Below are positions 57,175 through 64,000 of a stretch of 64,000 bases of DNA, one piece after another. Positions within the stretch are counted from its first letter, which is position 1; each line of letters begins with the position of its first letter. Location of the stretch: NCBI GenBank assembly GCA_039587475.1, contig JBDHIK010000300.1, forward strand, positions 7,045 through 71,044. Reading direction: 5' to 3'. A program made the position numbers and the translations under genes. The stretch comes from Gemmatimonadota bacterium. Lineage in GTDB: Bacteria > Gemmatimonadota > Gemmatimonadetes > Gemmatimonadales > GWC2-71-9. The notes under the pieces were generated by a model. The model worked only from the letters and a program-made list of their open reading frames with translations. It did no database searches and was not told the origin of the DNA.

Positions 57175-57729
57175 TTAGTACAAGCTTTCCTCGACCTTGT
57201 CCCGTACCTCGTTTTCGATGGACCCCGGCATCCGCATGTTGGCGGCGAATTTCATCTTGCCGGCGTCTTCGAAGTACATCTTCATGCGGAACATGCTGTC
57301 GACCATGTAGATGGTGATCTCCTCTCCCGTGCGCGTCAGAAGAATCGCGAAGGGGAAGGCTGCGGCGTGGTCGAGACCGGGGCACGTCAGATCGGAGCGC
57401 GAGTCGTCGTTGCCCGCCCCCACGATGGCAAAGGCGCGGCTCTCGATCGGCGCGCCGGTGATCCCGATGAGGGCGACGTTGCGATCTGCGTAGTCGAGCA
57501 GGAAGACAGGCCGCGTCTCCCACTTGCGATCTCCGCCCTTGGCTGTGAGGGCTTCATAGAGGGCGGTGGCCACCTCCAGCAGGCCGTTGTCGCCTTGAAG
57601 CTTCACCGAGGCGATCTTCTCGATCTTGTCTTCGAACGGACCACCGGCCACGACACCCATCGTCTTGCTGATGAGACCCCGATCACGCATCTGGCCGTAC
57701 TGGCGGTTGGCGAGATGATCCTTGAACAC
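57175..57729 (-). CDS. Hypothetical protein (no signal peptide), co-oriented upstream of the FadL-like OMP
   Basis: 184-aa ORF (GTG start) with coding-like GC3, lying 43 nt upstream of the OMP gene. No motif was recognised. Confidence 0.55.
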   Translation of the reverse strand: MFKDHLANRQYGQMRDRGLISKTMGVVAGGPFEDKIEKIASVKLQGDNGLLEVATALYEALTAKGGDRKWETRPVFLLDYADRNVALIGITGAPIESRAFAIVGAGNDDSRSDLTCPGLDHAAAFPFAILLTRTGEEITIYMVDSMFRMKMYFEDAGKMKFAANMRMPGSIENEVRDKVEESLY

Positions 57730-57875
57730 CCCTCCGCGGCGTATGAGCGTTCGATGAAGGCCGTTGGAGAGGCCTTCAGAGGGCTGTCACGGCGCCACAA
57801 TCCGCGCTATCATGACGGGGAGGACAGACGCACGAGCCCGACACGAATTGGGCAACCAGTTTCGGGGGAACGCGC

Positions 57876-58946
57876 ATGTGCGATCGGGATCCGGGTATAC
57901 GGATGGTTCTGGCGACTGCGGTCGCGCTCATGGCTGCGGTGACGTTTGCCGCGCCAACCGTTGCCGCGGCCCAGGGTCAGGCAGGCGCTCACCAGTGGCG
58001 ATTCCAATCCCGGGCCCACGTCGACCTGTGGTTCCATGGGCTGGCCGTCGTCGGCTACGAGGGGTTTGGTCTCCTGCCGCTCTACGACCCGGGGTACGCC
58101 GATGCCGTGCGCTCCCTGAAGGAGACCCGCGGCGTCGCACCAACCCCGCTGGACGTCGCCGCTCCCCGGCTCCTGGAGGCGTTCGACCGGGACAGTCTTT
58201 TCGAAGTGCTACACTTCGTCCCTCTCTACTTCGAACATGGGACCGTCGAAAGCGTCCTTGGCGCACTTGACGCCGTGGCCCTGGGGCAGGAGCCTCAGGC
58301 GCTCGGCGCGGAGATCGTCGTGGCCGTGATCACGGGAGATGCACGCCGGCAGGTGTTGGGAGAATTCGTGGCGGCCCTACGTGCCGAGTGGAGCCTGTTC
58401 TTCGAGGCCGTGTGGCAGGAGCAGACGGATGCCCGTCAGGTGCGACTCGAGGAGGCGCAACGGTTCTGGGGCGCTGTGCTGGAGCCGTCGCTGGCACCGT
58501 TCCTTGCGCGACGTGGGCTGGGTGGTGGCGCAGTGTACGCATCCGCCGCTCTCGGTGCGGAAGGCCGGGTCTTCGCCGGTGCGCCGGGCAATCAACTGGA
58601 CAATCGGGCGGCGGGAGCCCTTCCGCCGCCTCCGGTGAGTGACGATGTCATGGCGTTCGCGCTGGTTCGGGAGGTGTGCTTTCCGCTCGTGAGCCAGGTG
58701 GTGGCTCGCTCCCGCGCCGGCCACTGGGATCGCGTCGTGGCGGAACGGATGAGCAGCATCGGCGCGGTGCGTTGCGGCGCCGCCTTGCTGGATCGCCATG
58801 TCCCCGACCAGGCCACGCCGTATCGCATGGCGTTCCTGCGGGCCGCGGATGTACCGGAGGCCTCGCCCGAGGATTTTGCTGCGGTCTTCCCGTTGGACCC
58901 GAGTGTCGAGCAGGGAATCGAAGACGCGCTCGATCTCGATGCCTGA
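57876..58946 (+). CDS. Hypothetical secreted protein
   Basis: 356-aa ORF. The signal-like N-terminus is MVLATAVALMAAVTFAAPTVAAAQ (alternative start at 57903). No family was recognised. Confidence 0.55.
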   Translation: MCDRDPGIRMVLATAVALMAAVTFAAPTVAAAQGQAGAHQWRFQSRAHVDLWFHGLAVVGYEGFGLLPLYDPGYADAVRSLKETRGVAPTPLDVAAPRLLEAFDRDSLFEVLHFVPLYFEHGTVESVLGALDAVALGQEPQALGAEIVVAVITGDARRQVLGEFVAALRAEWSLFFEAVWQEQTDARQVRLEEAQRFWGAVLEPSLAPFLARRGLGGGAVYASAALGAEGRVFAGAPGNQLDNRAAGALPPPPVSDDVMAFALVREVCFPLVSQVVARSRAGHWDRVVAERMSSIGAVRCGAALLDRHVPDQATPYRMAFLRAADVPEASPEDFAAVFPLDPSVEQGIEDALDLDA

Positions 58947-59005
58947 CGCGGGCGGCCGTGCCGGAAGGCCGGGTGCGGCCCCGGTGAACTCGAGCGCCGT
59001 GCTTT

Positions 59006-60553
59006 GTGAGGAGGGTGCATAACACCGTGACGGAGTCCACTGCCTCTACCGTCGCCCAATGGGCCAAGGCCATCGACCACACGCGGTGTATCGGGTGTCA
59101 CGCATGCAGCACCGCCTGCAAGTCCGAGAACGACGTCCCGCTCTCCGTGAACCGTACCTATGTGAAGTACGTCGATGTCGGCGCCTTTCCCCAGGCGCGG
59201 CGGGCCTTCCAGGTCACTCGCTGCAATCAATGCGCCGACCCTCCCTGTGTGGCGGCCTGTCCCACCGCGGCGATGTATCAGCGGGACGACGGGATCGTCG
59301 ATTTTGACAAGGCGGCCTGTATTGGATGCAAGGCCTGCATCGCCGCGTGCCCCTACGACGCCATCTTCATCAATCCGGACGACCATTCCGCCGAGAAGTG
59401 CAACTTCTGCGCTCATCGCATCGACATGGGATTGGAACCGGCTTGTGTCGTGGTGTGCCCGACCCAGGCCATCGTGGTCGGCGATCTCCAGGATCCCACG
59501 GCACGGGTTACCCAGTTGGCCCAACGTGAAGCCGTCGCCGTCCGCAGGCCTGAAAAGGAGACCCGGCCCAAGCTGTTCTACCTCGGCGCCCATCACGCCA
59601 CGCTCGACCCCATCGCGGCCACCCGTCCGGACGGCGGTCTCTTCATGTGGAGTGAGCAGGCCACCGGACCGCATTCGGTCGTGTCCGGCCACCCGGGGGC
59701 GACGACCAGTTCCGCTGCTGCGATCTTGTCTTACGACGTGCCGCACAAGGCGCCGTGGGACTGGCGTGTCAGTCTGTACACCTGGACCAAGGGCATCGCC
59801 GCGGGAGCCTACCTGGTCCCACTGCTGCTCGTGGTGCTCGGCGTGCTGGATCCTGCCAGTGCCTTGTGGCACTATGGCGCGCCGGTCATGGGCGGCGCCT
59901 TCCTGGGGTTGACCGGCCTGCTCCTCATCTGGGATCTGGAACACCCCGGCCGCTTCTGGTACATCTTCGCCCGCCCCCAGCTACGGAGTTGGCTCGTTCG
60001 TGGCGGATTCATCATCGGGGGCTACTCGGTTGTGCTTGCCGGGCACTTTGCCGCGGTCCTGGCAGGTGTCGATGGTGCGCTCATGTGGCTGGCCTTCGCA
60101 GGCGTGCCACTGGCAGCTCTCACCGCGATCTATACGGCCTACCTGTTTGCCCAGGCCAAGGGACGGGACTTGTGGCAGAACCCGCTCCTGCCCCCTCAGT
60201 TGCTGGTGCAGACCATCCTGGTCGGGGCCGCGGCGTTCTTGCCCCTGGCGGCTGTATGGGAACCATCCGTCGCGCCGGTGTTGCTCCGTCTCGTGGCCGG
60301 TGGCGCCAGTCTGTATCTCCTGCTGGTCCTGGGCGAGATGACGTTGGCTCACCCGACCGCGCATGCCAAGCTGGCCGCCTGGGAGATGACCTCCGGGCGT
60401 TACCGTCACTATTTCTGGGCCGGGATGGTGCTGCTTGCGGCGGCCGTCACCGCCCCCTGGCTCGGGATCACCGCCGCGCCACTGGCTCTGGCCGGGGTCC
60501 TGGCGCACGAGCACGCCTACGTGCAGGCGGGGCAAGCCGTCCCGCTGGCATGA
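59006..60553 (+). CDS. Fused 4x[4Fe-4S] ferredoxin (DmsB/PsrB-like) - NrfD/PsrC-like membrane subunit
   Basis: Four Cys clusters are present: CIGCHACSTAC, CNQCADPPCVAACP, CIGCKACIAACP and CNFCAHR...CVVVCP. From about residue 250 there are roughly 8 TM helices (WTKGIAAGAYLVPLLLVVLGVL...). The start is the GTG at 59006 or at 59027. Confidence 0.85.
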   Translation: MRRVHNTVTESTASTVAQWAKAIDHTRCIGCHACSTACKSENDVPLSVNRTYVKYVDVGAFPQARRAFQVTRCNQCADPPCVAACPTAAMYQRDDGIVDFDKAACIGCKACIAACPYDAIFINPDDHSAEKCNFCAHRIDMGLEPACVVVCPTQAIVVGDLQDPTARVTQLAQREAVAVRRPEKETRPKLFYLGAHHATLDPIAATRPDGGLFMWSEQATGPHSVVSGHPGATTSSAAAILSYDVPHKAPWDWRVSLYTWTKGIAAGAYLVPLLLVVLGVLDPASALWHYGAPVMGGAFLGLTGLLLIWDLEHPGRFWYIFARPQLRSWLVRGGFIIGGYSVVLAGHFAAVLAGVDGALMWLAFAGVPLAALTAIYTAYLFAQAKGRDLWQNPLLPPQLLVQTILVGAAAFLPLAAVWEPSVAPVLLRLVAGGASLYLLLVLGEMTLAHPTAHAKLAAWEMTSGRYRHYFWAGMVLLAAAVTAPWLGITAAPLALAGVLAHEHAYVQAGQAVPLA

Positions 60554-60563
60554 GGAAACGACC

Positions 60564-63485
60564 ATGACGTCGAACGAACTGAACGAGCGGGTCACCGCTG
60601 CCCGGGACCAGGTAGAACGACGAGGGGAGACGTTCTACCCGGGTCCCAGCCGGATCCACCTCGCCGCGTTCCCGCCAAAGGAGCGCTGGGATGATTGGGT
60701 CGAGCTGGACTCGAAGGCATGGCCCGAGGCCAGCGAGCGGCGTTATACCCTGATCCCCACGACCTGCTTCAACTGCGAGTCCGCGTGCGGCCTGCTGGCG
60801 TACGTAGACCGCGACACGCTCGGGGTTCGGAAGTTCGAGGGGAATCCGGAGCATCCCGGGTCCCGGGGGCGCAATTGTGCCAAGGGACCGGCGACCCTGA
60901 ACCAGATTACCGATCCCGACCGTATCCTGGCGCCGCTCAAGCGCGCCGGGGCTCGCGGGGAAGGCCGGTGGGTCGAAGTGGGATGGGATGAAGCCCTGGA
61001 CGACATCGCGGGCCGCATCCGGAAGGCCATCCAGGAGAAGCGTCACAACGAGATCATGTATCACGTGGGGCGCCCTGGCGAGGACGGCTACACCGAACGC
61101 ATCATGGCGGCCTGGGGTGTGGACGGGCACAACTCGCACACCAACGTGTGTTCCTCCAACGCAAGAGCCGGCTACCAGTACTGGAGTGGTATCGACCGTC
61201 CCAGTCCGGATTTCGCCAACGCCCGGGTGATCCTGTTGGTGTCGGCGCACCTCGAGACCGGCCACTACTTCAACCCCCATGCCCAGCGCATCATGGAGGG
61301 GAAACAGGACGGCGCCAAACTGGTGGTGTTCGATACCCGGCTGTCCAACACCGCCACCCACGCCGACCACTGGGTATCGCCCCATCCCGGGTCGGAGGCC
61401 GCGGTCTTTCTTGCCATCGCCAACGACCTGATTCAGCACGACCGCTACGACCGGGATTTCGTCCGTCGCTGGTGGAACTGGTCCGAGTACCTCGAGGCGG
61501 AATACCCGGACCGGGCGGCGACGTTCGAGACGTTCGAGGAGGTTCTCAAGGAACTCTACGCCGATTACACCTTCGCGTTCGCGGCGCAGGAGTCCGGCGT
61601 GGACGAAGAGACGCTGAGAGACATCTCCCGACTGGTCGCGTCCGCGGGGACCCGGCTGGCCACGCATAACTGGCGCAGTGCCGCGGCCGGCAACGAAGGT
61701 GGATGGCAGGTCAGCCGCACGCTCTTTCTGCTGAATGCGTTGCTGGGAGCCATCGCCACCGAGGGCGGCACCACTCCCAACGCCTGGAACAAGTTCGTTC
61801 CCAAGCCCATTCACCTGCCGCCACACCCCAATGTCTGGAATCCGTTGACTTGGCCGGGAGAGTATCCACTGGCCATGAACGAGTTGTCCTTCCTGCTGCC
61901 GCATTTTCTGAAGGAGGGTCGCGGCCGACTGGATGTCTATTTCACACGCGTCTACAACCCGGTCTGGACCAATCCGGATGGGTTTTCGTGGATCGAGGTT
62001 CTGTCGGACGAGTCCCTCATCGGGATGCACGTCGCACTGACGCCCACCTGGAACGAGTCGGCCTACTTCGCCGACTACGTCCTTCCCATGGGGCACAGTT
62101 CCGAGCGGCACGACCTGACCTCCTACGAGACGGCCAACGGCCAGTGGATCGGCTTTCGCCAGCCGGTCCTGCGTGCCATGCGTGAGCGGCTCGGACAGCC
62201 CGTGTCGGATACCCGCGAAACCAACCCGGGCCAGGTCTGGGAGGAAAACGAGTTCTGGATCGACCTCACCTGGCGCATCGACCCCGACGGGTCATTGGGA
62301 ATCCGCCAGTATGTGGAATCGAGATCCGCACCCGGAACGAAACTCGGCGTCGACGAATACTATGGCTATGCCTTCGAGCACTCGGTCCCGGGGCTGCCGG
62401 AGCGAGCCCAGGCCGAAGGCCTGACACCCCTCGAGTACATGCGGCGCTACGGTGCGTTCAGTGTCACGGCCAACGTGGATCCACCATACGAACGCGCGGT
62501 CCCCACCGAGGAACTGGAGGACCCCGCAGAGTCAGCCCATGGGAGGGTCTTCACCCGGGCTCACAAGCCGCCCAATCCCAACATTGCCCCGCAGGCCGCG
62601 CCAGAGGGAGATGCCGAGGGCCGGCGCCCGGTCGGCGTCAATGTGGACGGGACGGTCCTGCGCGGCTTCCCCACTCCCAGCGGACGGCTGGAGTTCTACT
62701 CTACCACGCTCGCCCAATGGGGCTGGCCCGAGTTTGCGCTTCCGACGTACATCAAGAGCCATGTCCACCCCGACCGGTTGGCCGACGACCAGGTCGTCCT
62801 GATTTCGACGTTCCGCCTGCCGGTGCACATCCACACCCGGAGTGCCAACGCCAAGTGGCTCACGGAAATCGCCCACACCAATCCCCTGTGGCTGCACCCG
62901 GACGACGCGGGACCGCTCGGTGTCGGGACGGGCGATCTGATGCGTGTCGAGACGGAGATCGGCCATTTCGTCGTCAAGGCCTGGGTGACGGACGGCATCC
63001 GCCCCGGGGTGGTGGCCTGCAGCCATCACATGGGCCGCTGGAAACTCTCGGCGGAAGCCCATGGGACCATCACCGCCACGGCCGACCTGAATCATCAGGG
63101 GCACGATTGGCGCCTGCGCCGCTCCAGCGGATCCACCAGGCCCGGCGCCGGAAGCGCAGAGGCCGCCCGGATCTGGTGGACCGACGTCGGTGTCCATCAA
63201 AACCTGACGTTCCCCGTGCATCCCGACCCGGTGACCGGACAACACTGTTGGCACCAGGCGGTGCGTGTTCGCAGGGCCCTTCCCAGCGATTGCCACGGCG
63301 ACGTCTCGGTCGATAGCGCCAAGGCCGGGGCCGTTTACCGTGCCTGGCTGCAGAGGACCCGGTCGGCGCAAGAGCACTCTCCGGACGGGACCCGGAGACC
63401 GTTCTGGCTCATCCGCCCGCTCAAGCCTCCCAAGGAGGTGTTCCGGCTACCGGGGACCCCGGCTACCCGGGCAGGCTCGGAATAG
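60564..63485 (+). CDS. Molybdopterin (bis-MGD) oxidoreductase catalytic subunit, DMSO-reductase superfamily, no Tat signal
   Basis: The ATG at 60564 follows GAGGAAACGACC. The N-terminal FeS motif is CFNCESACGLLAYVD...GRNCAKG. The protein is about 970 aa with MGD-binding domains. There is no RRxFLK motif at the N-terminus (MTSNELNERVTAARDQ...). Confidence 0.9.
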   Translation: MTSNELNERVTAARDQVERRGETFYPGPSRIHLAAFPPKERWDDWVELDSKAWPEASERRYTLIPTTCFNCESACGLLAYVDRDTLGVRKFEGNPEHPGSRGRNCAKGPATLNQITDPDRILAPLKRAGARGEGRWVEVGWDEALDDIAGRIRKAIQEKRHNEIMYHVGRPGEDGYTERIMAAWGVDGHNSHTNVCSSNARAGYQYWSGIDRPSPDFANARVILLVSAHLETGHYFNPHAQRIMEGKQDGAKLVVFDTRLSNTATHADHWVSPHPGSEAAVFLAIANDLIQHDRYDRDFVRRWWNWSEYLEAEYPDRAATFETFEEVLKELYADYTFAFAAQESGVDEETLRDISRLVASAGTRLATHNWRSAAAGNEGGWQVSRTLFLLNALLGAIATEGGTTPNAWNKFVPKPIHLPPHPNVWNPLTWPGEYPLAMNELSFLLPHFLKEGRGRLDVYFTRVYNPVWTNPDGFSWIEVLSDESLIGMHVALTPTWNESAYFADYVLPMGHSSERHDLTSYETANGQWIGFRQPVLRAMRERLGQPVSDTRETNPGQVWEENEFWIDLTWRIDPDGSLGIRQYVESRSAPGTKLGVDEYYGYAFEHSVPGLPERAQAEGLTPLEYMRRYGAFSVTANVDPPYERAVPTEELEDPAESAHGRVFTRAHKPPNPNIAPQAAPEGDAEGRRPVGVNVDGTVLRGFPTPSGRLEFYSTTLAQWGWPEFALPTYIKSHVHPDRLADDQVVLISTFRLPVHIHTRSANAKWLTEIAHTNPLWLHPDDAGPLGVGTGDLMRVETEIGHFVVKAWVTDGIRPGVVACSHHMGRWKLSAEAHGTITATADLNHQGHDWRLRRSSGSTRPGAGSAEAARIWWTDVGVHQNLTFPVHPDPVTGQHCWHQAVRVRRALPSDCHGDVSVDSAKAGAVYRAWLQRTRSAQEHSPDGTRRPFWLIRPLKPPKEVFRLPGTPATRAGSE

Positions 63486-63488
63486 TCG

Positions 63489-64000
63489 ATGGAGTTGTTC
63501 AGGGCCCTGGGCGCCCTGGCCGAGCGGCCTGATGCCGCGACGACCAGGCTGGCGGAAATCCTCGGCCTCGATCGGGCGCCGACGGCGGAGGAACACACGG
63601 CCCTGTTCCACCTGGAACTGTCCCCGTATGCCTCGGTCTATCTCAATCCCGAAGGCATGCTTGGTGGGGAAGCGCGCGACCGCGTGGCCGGCTTCTGGCG
63701 CGCGGTGGGCCAGGATCCGCCGGGGGAGACGGATCATGTCGCGGTCCTCATGGCCACCTATGCCAGCCTGGCGGACCTGGAGCAGGCAGAGCAGCAGGAG
63801 CGCCAACAGGCCGCCTTCAGCCGCATGCGATCCGCGTTTCTGTGGGAACACCTCCTCAGTTGGCTTCCGCCGTTTCTCGATGCCGTTCAGGCCGTCGGCC
63901 CCGCACCGTACCGCCAATGGGGCCGGCTGGTGGATGAGGCCCTCGAGACCGAGGCCCGTCGCACCACGCCTCCGGATAGTCTCTCCATGCACCTGAAACA
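63489..64000 (+). CDS. TorD/DmsD-family redox-enzyme maturation chaperone (3' end cut by window)
   Basis: Absent from the track because it runs off the window. My translation is MELFRALGALAERPD...EEHTALFHLELSPYASVYLNPEGMLGGEARDRVAGFWRAVG...TDHVAVLMATYASL. This matches the TorD-family pattern (LF..SPY.S.Y......G......FY...G.....PDH). Confidence 0.75.
   Translation, partial: MELFRALGALAERPDAATTRLAEILGLDRAPTAEEHTALFHLELSPYASVYLNPEGMLGGEARDRVAGFWRAVGQDPPGETDHVAVLMATYASLADLEQAEQQERQQAAFSRMRSAFLWEHLLSWLPPFLDAVQAVGPAPYRQWGRLVDEALETEARRTTPPDSLSMHLK

Noticed and set aside
60468-62111. 547-aa minus-strand ORF (similarly 31448..32830, 47895..48983, 49140..50300, 58592..59944, 35769..36623 and 52140..52964)
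   Set aside because: They are antisense to the molybdoenzyme, permease, symporter, MATE and other well-supported genes. No motifs were found.
60564-63485. Looked for an in-frame TGA (selenocysteine) or a twin-arginine signal in the molybdoenzyme
   Set aside because: The reading frame is uninterrupted and the N-terminus lacks an RR motif, so neither feature is present.
1-64000. Scan for CRISPR arrays, tRNA/rRNA genes, IS elements, integrases and phage or defence genes
   Set aside because: I saw no regularly spaced repeats, no tRNA-like T-arm/acceptor patterns in the intergenic gaps, and no transposase, integrase or known defence-domain ORFs. The window looks like core chromosome apart from the lasso locus.

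Overview
High-GC bacterial chromosomal segment, densely coded, about 55 protein genes. The ADOP-type permease paired with PadR, the Bat/MoxR-type operon and the codon usage suggest a Gemmatimonadota- or Acidobacteriota-like organism; that placement is inference only. I found no rRNA, tRNA, CRISPR array, transposase or integrase. Because of the GC content, the six-frame track is full of long antisense 'shadow' ORFs and over-extended starts, so I re-called many starts by hand.

Main blocks:
- 1-8.1 kb: a truncated di-haem cytochrome c peroxidase, an MscS channel, and an Asn-synthetase-like gene followed by a 46-codon ORF. That ORF is below the track cut-off and carries a textbook lasso-peptide leader. 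Then come a divergent membrane protein, a Kv-type K+ channel and cspA.
- 8.3-11.5 kb: S9 and M14 peptidases.
- 11.5-26.5 kb: one tightly coupled nine-gene minus-strand Bat/MoxR-VWA-type operon.
- 26.7-58.9 kb: housekeeping, stress and transport genes, including D-aminoacylase, a lone merT, PadR plus ADOP permease, korAB, ppk2, msrB, a second MscS, rhomboid, DUF4212 plus an SSS symporter, MATE, DinB, a hydrolase-OsmC fusion, ppiB, SulP and a FadL-like OMP.
- 59-64 kb: a molybdoenzyme operon with a fused FeS-NrfD subunit.

The most interesting signal is the minimal lasso-peptide locus: precursor plus cyclase, with no recognisable B1/B2 or exporter nearby.
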